A DNA stretch of 30,405 nt from a virus (IMGVR_UViG_3300040971_000257:1-30405); one strand, 5' to 3'; positions 6,766-16,825 are shown, counted from the stretch's first letter. Notes: a model not told the origin generated them from the sequence alone. Made by a program: numbers and translations.

Positions 6766-9099
6766 TTAAACTCCTTCACTCATAGCGCAACTCTTATGTT
6801 CTTGGGCTAATTTCAGGATTGACTTAATATGATTATCAGCAATTTTAAATTTTGTTACGCCATTTTCAGGAATCTTAACTACAATTTTTAAATCTAATAG
6901 TTTTTTTAATTTTTTCATTAAAAATCCTGAAGATTTTTTTAATGTTTTATTTAGTTCGCTTAAAGTGCATTCTTTTTGATAAAGTGTGTCTAACATACTT
7001 AGCATAGTTGCATCACTGAGTACATTGAATAATTGTTCTCTATATTTATTATCAACGTGAGCATTCTTACCAAATATAATACGTAGAGAATTCAAGACTG
7101 CAATTAATGAGATACCTACATCAGCAAAGATAGCTGCTAACATTGAACTCATACCTAATGAAGCTAAACCAAGTACAATGAATTTTACCCCCAAGGTTAG
7201 AACAATATTTTGGATTACAATTCTGCGAGTTTTTGAAGCAATTGAAAATGATTTACTAAGTTTTGTTAAATCATTATCCATAATTATGATGTCTGCGACA
7301 TCTATGGCTAACTCTGATCCTTCACCCATAGCTACACCGATATCAGCCTGTTTTAATAGAGGCGCATCGTTGATTCCATCGCCGACAAACATTTTATACC
7401 CATTAGAAGATATATTTTCAAATTTTGAAATCTTTTCTTGTGGTAGTAATGAACTGTAATATGACATTCCTCCAAGTTCATTGGACACACTTTTTGCTGT
7501 TGATTCATTGTCACCTGTTAACATCGTAAAATTCAGATTTGAATGATTGTTAAAAAATAAGTAAGAACTATCTTTAATTTCGTCTTTGATGGTTAAATTT
7601 CCTATATACTTATTGTTCTTTGCCACATATATAATTGTTCTTATTTCATTTGAACTGTCATAATCAATTTGGTTATCATCTAAAAGTTTATGGTTCCCAA
7701 CTAATACAATTTCACCATCAAGTGTTCCTTTTATCCCTTTTCCTGGTACCTCAATAATATCTGCCATTTTGTAGAGGTTATCTTCACTCTTTGCCAACAC
7801 TGATTTTGCAATTGGATGAGTTGAATATTTTTCTAAAGAGGCTGCTAATTTCAACGTTTCTTCACTAGTGTATGAATCAACCGCAAAATTTCCTTTGGTG
7901 ATTGTACCAGTTTTATCTAGAGCAACTTGATCAACATGCAAGATCATATCTAAAAATGAACTACCTTTAAACAATATTCCTTCGCGAGCACTCGCTCCTA
8001 TACCAGAAAAATATGATAGTGGAACACTCAAAACAAGTGCACATGGACAACTAATTACAAGAAATGTTGCAGCTCTATAAGCATAAATATACATGTTTTC
8101 TGGATAAATAATTGTTGGAATACTAAACATCAAAATAGCTAATATTGTAACTAATGGTGTATAATATTTTGAAAATTTAGTGATAAACTGTTCTGTTTTT
8201 GCTTTTTTGTTCGTTGAATTTTCTATCAGATCAATTATTTTTGCCACAGTGGAATCTTCATATTTTTTTTCTGCAGTGATTTCAACAACTCCTCCAACAT
8301 TTATGTTTCCACTAAGTACTTTATCTCCAACTGATACAGAGGAAAGTTTTGATTCACCTGTTAATGCAGACGAATTCAAATCTGTATCACCCTTAGACAC
8401 TATTCCATCCACAGGAATTTTCTCTCCATTTTTCACTACAATAATATCTCCAACTTGTACTTCATTTGGATCTTTTAAAAGAATTTTATCTTGGTATTTC
8501 ACGTTTGCATAATCTACTTTTAAATCCATCAGACCTTTAATTTCATTTTTAGAGGATTTTACCGCATAATTTTGTAAATATTCACCAAAACTATAAAATA
8601 TTACCACAAGCAATGCTTCTAAATACTCACCTAGTAACATTGCTGCAATCGTCGCAATTACCATTAATGTATTTTCATTGAAGAAATCTTTTCTTCGTAA
8701 TCCTTTTATAGTTTTCACTATAATATTCTTCGCTACTAGAAAATAACTAATGTAAGTTCCAATAAGCAAATATATTCCACTTATTGGAAAAATATAGTTA
8801 ATTAAGACATAAAGTACCAACCCAATGAAAAAGGTACTGTAATATCTGTGTTTCTTGTTCTCACTGGGACCTTCGTGTGGTAAATATGTATCTACACCAG
8901 TTTCGATTGAATTAACAATTTTTCTTATTTCTATTACTTCTTTATTTTCAACAAAGTCATCCTTTGTTTCTAATAGCATAATTTGATTTGTAAAATTGAA
9001 TGTTGCGTTATGAATATTTTCTCTTTTCATTAATGCATCTTCAATTTTACCCGCGCATCCACTACAAGTTAGGTTCTCCATTTTGATTTTCTTTATCAT
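6766..9099 (-). CDS. cadA: Heavy-metal P1B-type ATPase (CadA/ZntA-like) with N-terminal HMA and C-terminal ArsR/SmtB-like domain
   Basis: LTCSGC HMA, TGES, SCPCAL, DKTGT, HP, GDGINDAP; extra ~85-aa C-terminal winged-helix-like segment LFNVLSDATML...IADNHIKSILKLAQEH. Confidence 0.9.
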   Translation of the reverse strand: MIKKIKMENLTCSGCAGKIEDALMKRENIHNATFNFTNQIMLLETKDDFVENKEVIEIRKIVNSIETGVDTYLPHEGPSENKKHRYYSTFFIGLVLYVLINYIFPISGIYLLIGTYISYFLVAKNIIVKTIKGLRRKDFFNENTLMVIATIAAMLLGEYLEALLVVIFYSFGEYLQNYAVKSSKNEIKGLMDLKVDYANVKYQDKILLKDPNEVQVGDIIVVKNGEKIPVDGIVSKGDTDLNSSALTGESKLSSVSVGDKVLSGNINVGGVVEITAEKKYEDSTVAKIIDLIENSTNKKAKTEQFITKFSKYYTPLVTILAILMFSIPTIIYPENMYIYAYRAATFLVISCPCALVLSVPLSYFSGIGASAREGILFKGSSFLDMILHVDQVALDKTGTITKGNFAVDSYTSEETLKLAASLEKYSTHPIAKSVLAKSEDNLYKMADIIEVPGKGIKGTLDGEIVLVGNHKLLDDNQIDYDSSNEIRTIIYVAKNNKYIGNLTIKDEIKDSSYLFFNNHSNLNFTMLTGDNESTAKSVSNELGGMSYYSSLLPQEKISKFENISSNGYKMFVGDGINDAPLLKQADIGVAMGEGSELAIDVADIIIMDNDLTKLSKSFSIASKTRRIVIQNIVLTLGVKFIVLGLASLGMSSMLAAIFADVGISLIAVLNSLRIIFGKNAHVDNKYREQLFNVLSDATMLSMLDTLYQKECTLSELNKTLKKSSGFLMKKLKKLLDLKIVVKIPENGVTKFKIADNHIKSILKLAQEHKSCAMSEGV

Positions 9100-9183
9100 T
9101 TTTTTTATCCTCCTATGATGAATTAAGTTTTTATGATAATATGTATATGAACTTTAAGTCACATGTATTATATTTTTCAAATG

Positions 9184-9201
9184 TGTGTCAAATATGTGTA
9201 A
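9184..9201. promoter_or_regulatory. Putative OmpR/PhoB-type binding box in the divergent promoter
   Basis: TGTGTCA-AATA-TGTGTAA, a heptamer direct repeat with 11-bp period between cadA and the response regulator. Confidence 0.5.
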
Positions 9202-9219
9202 AACATATATTAGGAGGAA

Positions 9220-9903
9220 ATGATGAATATATTAGTTGTTGAAGACAATCTTGAAATTAACAAAATAATTACAAAAATGCTTCAATCAGAAGGGTACAAT
9301 GTCACCTCTTGCACAAATGCTTTTGATGCATTGAAATCTTTTTCTAAAAACGATTACTTTTGTGTTATCACTGATTTGATGATGCCTATTATGTCTGGAG
9401 AAGAGTTGATTGAAAAACTACGACCAAATTATCTTGGCTTAATCATTGCAGTGACCGCAAAAACAGGAATTGATGATAAACTATATACACTATCAATAGG
9501 TGCAGACGATTATATTATTAAGCCATTTAATAGAAATGAAATTTTATTCAAAATCAAAAATTACTACAATAAATTTATACAAACAAGGAAAAATATATCA
9601 TTTAATAATGGAGAACTTATTTTCAACTTTAATGATAACCAACTTATTGTTTGTAATAATATTGTAGAGCTTACTGCAATTGAATTTTTGATAGTAAAAT
9701 TTTTTGTTCAAAATGTGAATCAAGTTCTCTCAAGGGATCAAATTATGAAAAACGTTTATTATGAAGACTTCAACGTTTTTGATCGAGCAATAGATGGTCA
9801 TATCAAAAATATACGAAAAAAAATTGCTGATTTTGTATCAAAAAAATACATCCATACGGTTTACGGATTAGGTTATAAGTTTGTAGGTGAAATCGATGCA
9901 TAG
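9220..9903 (+). CDS. OmpR-family response regulator
   Basis: ILVVEDN, TDLMMP, GADDYIIKPF, and winged helix ending IHTVYGLGYKF. Confidence 0.93.
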   Translation: MMNILVVEDNLEINKIITKMLQSEGYNVTSCTNAFDALKSFSKNDYFCVITDLMMPIMSGEELIEKLRPNYLGLIIAVTAKTGIDDKLYTLSIGADDYIIKPFNRNEILFKIKNYYNKFIQTRKNISFNNGELIFNFNDNQLIVCNNIVELTAIEFLIVKFFVQNVNQVLSRDQIMKNVYYEDFNVFDRAIDGHIKNIRKKIADFVSKKYIHTVYGLGYKFVGEIDA

Positions 9904-11131
9904 TTTATTCTTGTTATCAAGAAAACGCATTCTGTTTCTATATTTTGCTATTTTTATTCTAGTAATCATTGGAGTAAATATCGGAACAAGAATTGTAAAT
10001 AATTATTACCGAGATGAAATAATCGAACAAGAAAATGTAGAGTTTATGGAAATGTTTTTTCATATGATGTCATATAGTGATGAGGAAACCGCAATTGAAT
10101 CTGCTATTCACTTTAGCCATATTAATAATACAACATATAGAATCTTAAAAAATGGTGACCTATTTATCGAGTCTACAACAACCCCCTCTGATTTCAAATC
10201 ATACTATAACTTAGTAAATGGAGATGAATATGTCTTTGAAATTGACAATAGCAATAATACCTCGACGATAATCAGGGAAAATGAAGTCTTTATTATTAAT
10301 ATCATTGTTTTTACAGCATTATCACTTGTCGCTTTATATTATATATATAGTCGCAGACAAAGAGAAGTGAGGACGGTTCATGACATAAAACTCATACAAA
10401 AGCTTTTAGAAAACCATGAAGAGTGCAATCATCAATTTAAGTTCCACGAGTTTCATCAAATATATCATGATGTTTTGCAAAACTTGAATACAATTGACCT
10501 ACTTATGGAAAAAAGAATTGATAATTTAAATGCCTTAATTCATGATCTCAAAACTCCTTTAACCATATTAAAACACCATCTTCAAGAAGATGAAAATATT
10601 ACTAAAAATAAGCAAGCAATAATAAGTTCATTGAATGATTTAACAACGATAGCCTCAGATTTAATTGCTGAGAAATTTCATGGCGTACACATTAAAATCA
10701 ATGCCTCTAAACTTATATCCAATGAAATTGAAAAGTATATCCAAACTTTTCGAACGAAAAACATCAAACTTGATATTGATATCGCTTTAAACTTATATAT
10801 AAAATTTAATAAAAGAGACTTAATTAGAGTCCTTCAAAATATTTTAACAAATGCCTATTACTATTCTTATGATGATTCAGTTGTTACAATTTCATTACAA
10901 AAACAAGAAAATTATGTTAAGCTTCTAATAACCAATATTGGAGACAAAATGGATAAAATGCAAATTGCTAACATCTTTAATAAAGATACTAGCACTAGGC
11001 AAGATAAACAAAAAAATGGTCTTGGCTTGCATGTAACCAAGTTACTTTTAGAAGATGCAAATGCAAATATTACAGTTTCAAGTGATGATTCCGGAAATCA
11101 CTTCCATATTAATTTCCCTTCTCTTGATTAA
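9887..11131 (+). CDS. Sensor histidine kinase
   Basis: Two TM segments, H-box IHDLKTPL, N-box NILTNA, G2 NGLGL; G1 box degenerate; true start may be the ATG at 9896. Confidence 0.88.
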   Translation: MKSMHSLFLLSRKRILFLYFAIFILVIIGVNIGTRIVNNYYRDEIIEQENVEFMEMFFHMMSYSDEETAIESAIHFSHINNTTYRILKNGDLFIESTTTPSDFKSYYNLVNGDEYVFEIDNSNNTSTIIRENEVFIINIIVFTALSLVALYYIYSRRQREVRTVHDIKLIQKLLENHEECNHQFKFHEFHQIYHDVLQNLNTIDLLMEKRIDNLNALIHDLKTPLTILKHHLQEDENITKNKQAIISSLNDLTTIASDLIAEKFHGVHIKINASKLISNEIEKYIQTFRTKNIKLDIDIALNLYIKFNKRDLIRVLQNILTNAYYYSYDDSVVTISLQKQENYVKLLITNIGDKMDKMQIANIFNKDTSTRQDKQKNGLGLHVTKLLLEDANANITVSSDDSGNHFHINFPSLD

Positions 11132-11250
11132 ATTACATAAAATTTTGAAACATTTCACAATAAATAAACTATACTTGATAAACAAGAGCTTATATCAATT
11201 ATTTTAAAATCACCTCTAAATAGGATATAACGCAAGTATGTTCGACTACA

Positions 11251-11289
11251 AAAAAATCGGCTACACCCAGTTGAGTGTAGCCGATTTTT
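11251..11289. terminator. Bidirectional intrinsic terminator
   Basis: AAAAAATCGGCTACAC-CCAGTTGA-GTGTAGCCGATTTTT between the convergent kinase and SSB genes. Confidence 0.88.
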
Positions 11290-11299
11290 CAAATTCTAT

Positions 11300-11560
11300 T
11301 TATTCGTTTTTTGTATTAATGAATGTTACTTTCTCTCCAACAATCCTTAATACATTGCTGTCAATATGAATCGATGCTTTCACACCAATTGTTGAACCCT
11401 CCGTTAGATATTCGAGTACATTATCCATAATACCTTCGCTGAGTGAAACGGGAACTAAGTCTGAGTCTATTTCGTTTGGTCGTTTGATATCAATTGAAAC
11501 AATGCCTGCTTGTTTATCAAGCGTATTTACTCTTCCTACTAATATAACTTGGTTTAACAT
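11300..11560 (-). CDS. Short single-stranded DNA-binding (OB-fold) protein
   Basis: MLNQVILVGRV SSB N-terminus; 86 aa with no acidic C-terminal tail; own promoter TTGCTA-17-TAACAT and AGGAGG RBS upstream. Confidence 0.7.
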   Translation of the reverse strand: MLNQVILVGRVNTLDKQAGIVSIDIKRPNEIDSDLVPVSLSEGIMDNVLEYLTEGSTIGVKASIHIDSNVLRIVGEKVTFINTKNE

Positions 11561-11624
11561 ATTTTTCCTCCTAGATTTTGTTATGATACATGTTACCTAA
11601 ATAAAGCCACTATAGCAACTTTTA

Positions 11625-12116
11625 TTATGCTTTATTACTTAACTTTTCTGCGATGAGTTTCTCTGCTTCAGATAATGTTGATTTCCCATGCATTTTGTTG
11701 CTGAAGGATATATATTCATCAATGATGGATTCAATCTTACTTTGATTGTCCTCGACAAAACTAATAGCTTTATCTGTTGAACCGGTTAAGTTTGATACCC
11801 ATTCACTTAAGCGTTGAATAACAGCTTGTTTCTTTTCATCTCCTGCTAGGTGCACTTCCCCTTTTTGCTTAACAAGTTGATTCTTTTCTTCTACGATCAT
11901 TATGAATTCTTTGATTGTCTTTTGCACGGTTTCATCAAAGACGATTTCAGTTGCCTTTGAAACAAGATCAGATACGACATCTGATGATTGTTTAATATCC
12001 GCTTTTACTTCTTTAATCACCGTTGATAAATTACCGCTTTCTTTGTATTTTGATGAGAAATACAGAATAAGCGTTAAAACATTTGTAATCAATAATATTG
12101 TTTCAAGAGTTGTCAT
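11625..12116 (-). CDS. Holin-like protein (LL-H-like)
   Basis: Single N-terminal TM, GDEKKQAV...IESII pattern, position at the end of the tail module. Confidence 0.45.
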   Translation of the reverse strand: MTTLETILLITNVLTLILYFSSKYKESGNLSTVIKEVKADIKQSSDVVSDLVSKATEIVFDETVQKTIKEFIMIVEEKNQLVKQKGEVHLAGDEKKQAVIQRLSEWVSNLTGSTDKAISFVEDNQSKIESIIDEYISFSNKMHGKSTLSEAEKLIAEKLSNKA

Positions 12117-12429
12117 TTGGTTTTCCTCCTATACGGTTATAGATGTTTACTTGTGAGTCTTCTAATCTAGATACACGATGCTCTAATATATTAACGTCTT
12201 TCTTTAATGATTTGATGTCTTGGCCATGCATTTCTAATAAATTAAGCATCTTGACATTTTGTTTTTCAATCCCCAGTAACTTGACGATGATCTCATCGTT
12301 TTTTGTTTTGTTGTTTTTCTCTTGGTTACTGAATTGTTTAATCGTTGTTAGAATCACGACAACCATGGTTACAATCCAATAGATTAGATTTTCCATACGA
12401 AATAAATGTAATAGATTATCCCAGTCCAC
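12103..12429 (-). CDS. Holin-like membrane/coiled-coil protein (BhlA/XhlA-like)
   Basis: One TM followed by a coiled coil (IKSLKKDVNILEHRVSRLE); lysis-cassette position. Confidence 0.45.
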   Translation of the reverse strand: MDWDNLLHLFRMENLIYWIVTMVVVILTTIKQFSNQEKNNKTKNDEIIVKLLGIEKQNVKMLNLLEMHGQDIKSLKKDVNILEHRVSRLEDSQVNIYNRIGGKPNDNS

Positions 12430-13054
12430 TTTTCATCATCTCATTTCGGTAATTTTCTAGATAAACCAGTTGTTCTTTAATCTCCTCTATATAGTTTTCA
12501 GCAATTTCATTATCCCAGTTCTTTTTAAACTCCATCATTTTGCTATACCAGGGTTCTTCAACAACAAGTTCGTACTTTCCGGTTTTCTCATAATGATCAA
12601 GCATTCCACGTACTCTAAATACATGATAGTGAATCTTTGAAATTGAACTGTTAATAAACCTAGTTTTTATATACTCTATTACAGCTGATAAGTGGTTAAC
12701 AATAAATGTTTCATCAACAAAACCAAGAAGTTCATTCACTTCTATTTCGAATGATGGTGCAATGTAATGGGCCTTATCTTTAAAACCCAGTAAACTATCT
12801 GCGGCTTGTTTGTAGTATGGAATCACTGTCTCATCAAACTTTTGTCTCTTTATAAATTCTTCTTTTGAGAATACAAAGAAATCATACGTACCAATATATA
12901 AATGAATAGTCCCTTTAAATCCGGCAAGAACAACTGTAATGTCTTTATCACTTGATTCATCGTCTAATCCATAAGCGATTGAACCACCATAATAAATAAG
13001 GAGTATCTCAGTGTTTGGAAATACCCCTTCTATCATTTTATATATATCATTCAT
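12416..13054 (-). CDS. Pol-beta superfamily nucleotidyltransferase
   Basis: YYGGSIAYGLDDESSDKDITVV matches GSx..G....SDxD, with a third Asp in YDFFVF; start MNDIY overlaps the upstream stop. Confidence 0.75.
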   Translation of the reverse strand: MNDIYKMIEGVFPNTEILLIYYGGSIAYGLDDESSDKDITVVLAGFKGTIHLYIGTYDFFVFSKEEFIKRQKFDETVIPYYKQAADSLLGFKDKAHYIAPSFEIEVNELLGFVDETFIVNHLSAVIEYIKTRFINSSISKIHYHVFRVRGMLDHYEKTGKYELVVEEPWYSKMMEFKKNWDNEIAENYIEEIKEQLVYLENYRNEMMKSGLG

Positions 13055-13385
13055 TTGGTATTTCCTCCTCAATCAATTCTGGAAGTGGTGGTTCTAACAC
13101 ATCAAAATCATCCACTGCATCTTCAAATCCGATAACATTTTGTTTTAGCCACTCGTATCCTTGTACGATTGGATTCACATCTAAAAATGAAGTAAAATCC
13201 GAAAATGGTATCTCAATGTCAATTTCTTCTACCGGTTCACTTTGTAATGCTCTAGCTTCTTTTGATAGATATGATGCTACACAGATTATTACCTTTTTAT
13301 TTTTGTAGCTAATATTGAACGCTGTAATGCGGTGATATGACACATGAATCCCAAACTTGGTATCTAAATCTTTAATAATTGCCAT
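13047..13385 (-). CDS. Phage tail-associated hypothetical protein
   Basis: 112 aa acidic protein directly after the fibre genes, in the same operon. Confidence 0.6.
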   Translation of the reverse strand: MAIIKDLDTKFGIHVSYHRITAFNISYKNKKVIICVASYLSKEARALQSEPVEEIDIEIPFSDFTSFLDVNPIVQGYEWLKQNVIGFEDAVDDFDVLEPPLPELIEEEIPNE

Positions 13386-13392
13386 AATAACC

Positions 13393-14073
13393 CTACTTTC
13401 TTTTAATTCTATAAATGGTTACCGATATACTATCTGGAGATCCCACAGACATTCCTGGATTAATATAAAGTGCGCCTAAATTGCCATTAAATGAATGAGC
13501 AAAATCAGCCATCTTAATGGATGCATCATTTTGTGCATTATTCGTTGTAATGCTTTTCCCATAAGCAACCCACTGATTAGTATCTGTATAGCCTGAATGA
13601 AAGGTTGGTGAAATTTCAAAATCAATCACTTTGGTAATCCCACTTGTAATCGCTGGACCACTTTGATAACTATCTTCAATATAATACCGATAAGTATTCG
13701 AACCGGATCTATTCGTATGGATTGTGTCTTCAGTATTTACATGATGAGAAACATAGGACCCATATAAATTAGAATAGCTTGATGTTCGGTAATAGATATA
13801 TGTATCTGATGAATCCGCTGATGTAGATTGTGTTCCGGCTATGACGTGTACTTTATAGATATAATCAGGATCAAAGTTATAGACCAAACTATGATAATAG
13901 GAATACCCTTGATAAAAATAGACCTTTTCTAGCTCACCACCAATTTTTATCACGGATGAGGATCCCCTTGCATACAATGCTTCGTTGTTATAGTCAAACG
14001 CTAACTCACCAAGATACGACATATTGGATGTTGTAGGAGTGGTTGTTCCGCGTTTCACTCTAATCGTTGCCAT
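13393..14073 (-). CDS. Tail fibre / receptor-binding-like protein
   Basis: N-terminal MATIRVKRG...GELAFD anchor motif (Mtd/hyaluronidase-N-like) and a Tyr/Ser-rich beta C-terminal domain. Confidence 0.6.
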   Translation of the reverse strand: MATIRVKRGTTTPTTSNMSYLGELAFDYNNEALYARGSSSVIKIGGELEKVYFYQGYSYYHSLVYNFDPDYIYKVHVIAGTQSTSADSSDTYIYYRTSSYSNLYGSYVSHHVNTEDTIHTNRSGSNTYRYYIEDSYQSGPAITSGITKVIDFEISPTFHSGYTDTNQWVAYGKSITTNNAQNDASIKMADFAHSFNGNLGALYINPGMSVGSPDSISVTIYRIKRK

Positions 14074-14924
14074 TAATACGTGCCACCATCAATAATTGAG
14101 GATGGTTGTAAGACTTTTGTTTCATCTATACCTAACTTATAAGTGATACGAGTTGGTGTATAATTGGAATCTACTATAGGATAATAAATCAAACCATCAG
14201 CTATTACTGAGTTTGCATAATCAGTTGAGGATGACGCTAAACTAATCCCAGTTGTTTCGAATATTTGTATATCTTTGACGTTACTTAATATCGTTCTTTG
14301 ACTAGAAGTTAGATGTAAGTTTGATGAAACATGGGAATTATAAGTTGTTAGTGCAACACCACCTAGTCCAGCAAGCGAAATGGTAACAGCACCAGTTGAT
14401 CCGTTGACACTTGTTACAGCGTCTGTTGGGGTTAAGAGTTCTTGCCAGTTTGCAAGTGTAGAATACGGAGTCGCTTTTAAAATGAATGATTTATTTAAAT
14501 CAGTTCTTACTGCTACATCCCCTTCTTGTGCTGCAGACAATCCAAGCATGGCCGTTTGAGATGCAACAACGTATGTATTAGTCATTGCAATTTTAGGAAC
14601 GACGCTATCGGCTAGCTTTCCACTCGAATTTAATACCGGAACATTCCCACTTCCTGTTCCGGTATTTTTAGTAGATGCTGTTCCTAGATTTAATGCAGTA
14701 ATCTTTGTATCGATTTGATCGTCAACTTTACTTGCCCCTGGTATCTTTAAATAATCAGATTCAGCCAGTGGTACAGATGTACTTGCTGTTTTATTTGCTT
14801 TTGCAATATATAGATGTTCCCCAGTAAAATCAACTTGTGGTTCTCCTGCTTTTACTGCTCCTGTGGTACCAACAAGTGGACCAGTTCCTGCTGTAGTTCT
14901 TCTTTTAATTTGAATCGTTGCCAT
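14073..14924 (-). CDS. Tail fibre protein
   Basis: MATIQIKRR...AGEP anchor, LGTASTKNTGTGSGNVP and VTSVNGSTGAV fibre motifs, ends IDGGTY. Confidence 0.7.
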   Translation of the reverse strand: MATIQIKRRTTAGTGPLVGTTGAVKAGEPQVDFTGEHLYIAKANKTASTSVPLAESDYLKIPGASKVDDQIDTKITALNLGTASTKNTGTGSGNVPVLNSSGKLADSVVPKIAMTNTYVVASQTAMLGLSAAQEGDVAVRTDLNKSFILKATPYSTLANWQELLTPTDAVTSVNGSTGAVTISLAGLGGVALTTYNSHVSSNLHLTSSQRTILSNVKDIQIFETTGISLASSSTDYANSVIADGLIYYPIVDSNYTPTRITYKLGIDETKVLQPSSIIDGGTY

Positions 14925-14933
14925 AATGTCCTC

Positions 14934-15707
14934 CTATTTTTTCATAAATACACTAGTGATATTGTGTGTTGTATTTCCGCATGTCAGTGTAACAACACCG
15001 TCTTGGTAAATAACGCTTAGTGAATAATCTGCATTTCCATATCGATAGGATACCGATGTATTTGATCCAACAAACAAAAACATTGTCTGTCCAGGAAATG
15101 TTACAACTGTATTATTATTGATGGTTACATACAAAATGGAATCTCGTAGTTCGACTGAGTTGGTTCCAGAAAAAGTATACGTTCCACCTGTCACCCGGTT
15201 TAATGTTTGTTGCTTTGGTAAATAGTTATTGTTGATGTTATCATCTAAGTCATTCACTCTTTTTTTATCACTTTGAATCAGTTTTCTAGAATAACTTGAT
15301 AACGTCACTGAGGTTGTTGTTTTTGTATAGGCGCATAATACAAACTCATACAGACCAGCAGTTGTTAGTAAATTGGTTTGTGTTAATGATGGATATCCGC
15401 CAGTTTGTTCTTTAAGGTATAAGTTAATAGTATTATTTGCTGTATTCACACCTAAGACCACATAGCCATACTTACTTGAATCTGGTATAACACCAATGGT
15501 TGTTTGATGCTCAATATAAATGATTCGCCCATAGACTGAAACATATCCATCACTAAATGTGATGGTATTATTAGCTAGGGTATACCCACATTCACTTTTT
15601 AATCCTTCTAGTATTCCAACATCACTTGAAAAAAGAAAATGATATAAATCAGAATCTATCTTTGATGTTACATTTCCACCTTCAAATGTTACTTTTTGTA
15701 TTGCCAT
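14934..15707 (-). CDS. Baseplate / tail-tip structural protein
   Basis: Position after the Tal-like gene; Thr/Gly-rich beta protein. Confidence 0.6.
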   Translation of the reverse strand: MAIQKVTFEGGNVTSKIDSDLYHFLFSSDVGILEGLKSECGYTLANNTITFSDGYVSVYGRIIYIEHQTTIGVIPDSSKYGYVVLGVNTANNTINLYLKEQTGGYPSLTQTNLLTTAGLYEFVLCAYTKTTTSVTLSSYSRKLIQSDKKRVNDLDDNINNNYLPKQQTLNRVTGGTYTFSGTNSVELRDSILYVTINNNTVVTFPGQTMFLFVGSNTSVSYRYGNADYSLSVIYQDGVVTLTCGNTTHNITSVFMKK

Positions 15708-16825
15708 TAAAATACACCTCCATCGATATCGGTACTTGTTACAGTAATTGTATTTGCTGTATTGCTCGTTTTGTTTTTACTTAATAATTGAATTTTTTCA
15801 GTTAGTTTTACACGGTACTCTCCTAAGGTAATGGTTGGGTACTGTAAGGAATCTTTAAATGTAATTCCAGTCACTACTGAGTCATATGTTTTTCCTTGGT
15901 GGATAAAAGAAACGTAATCTCCTAAATTGATATTACGAAACGGTTTAAATACTTTATTATTCATATCAAGGGTAAAAGTGATATTGTGATCTAACTTAGA
16001 AGTTACCATTTCACTTTTTGCTTTTGTTAGTAAACTATCATATTCATTGTCACTATAAATAAAGGACTTTGTAATGATGCTGTTATAGCGATTACTAGCA
16101 TTAGCATCTTCACTAACTTCCCCGTTCTTCAACAAGTAGTAGGTTTTTACACTTTGGTACGTGGTATTGTCACTTCGCGGGTAAAAGATTACTTTATTGA
16201 CTAGCTGACTTGTTGAATCACTTGTCTGAACGTGTAAGATAGATGAAAAGTTGCTTTTGATAACCATCCCTTGCTTAACATTAATGATGTCAAATGCAAT
16301 ACCGGTGATTCGTCCTCTTAGATACAAAACATCTGTTTTGAAATTAATCCCATAACCTTTGGATATGAGTTCGAATATCTTTGCCATAGTTACGATGTTA
16401 TTATCATTGAAATTGAGCGCACCACTAACACTTGCACTTTTTGTTACAGTCAGGTAAGTAAGATTTTGTAATGAGTCCGGGTTTGTTATAAAATGAGATT
16501 GGATTATCTGATATAAATAATCGACTAGGTCACCAGTAAAACTAACTGCTGGAATTTCTAAATTAAAAATCTCTCGAAAATCAAGAGATTTTATTGATGT
16601 TGTATGATCATCATTAACTTCGATACTTTCTAGAATTCCGATATAGGAAAACATATCCGTTTGAAAAATGACGATATCGCCATTTTGACAATTGATTTGT
16701 GTTTTATTCACAATAAATGATGAGCGTTTAATTAAGACCATATCAAGTGCTAGTTCAAAGTGACGACTGATATACGCATTATCCTTATACTGAAGGGTTG
16801 TTCTATCAAGAAATAGTAGTTTCAT
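15707..16825 (-). CDS. Tail hub (Tal-like / siphovirus Gp37-like) protein
   Basis: Follows Dit; NLGDYVSF...VVTGI...ITLGE hub C-terminal pattern; no hydrolase extension. Confidence 0.65.
   Translation of the reverse strand: MKLLFLDRTTLQYKDNAYISRHFELALDMVLIKRSSFIVNKTQINCQNGDIVIFQTDMFSYIGILESIEVNDDHTTSIKSLDFREIFNLEIPAVSFTGDLVDYLYQIIQSHFITNPDSLQNLTYLTVTKSASVSGALNFNDNNIVTMAKIFELISKGYGINFKTDVLYLRGRITGIAFDIINVKQGMVIKSNFSSILHVQTSDSTSQLVNKVIFYPRSDNTTYQSVKTYYLLKNGEVSEDANASNRYNSIITKSFIYSDNEYDSLLTKAKSEMVTSKLDHNITFTLDMNNKVFKPFRNINLGDYVSFIHQGKTYDSVVTGITFKDSLQYPTITLGEYRVKLTEKIQLLSKNKTSNTANTITVTSTDIDGGVF

Noticed and set aside
13393-14924. Diversity-generating retroelement target (Mtd-like N-termini)
   Set aside because: No reverse transcriptase and no TR/VR repeat pair seen in the window.
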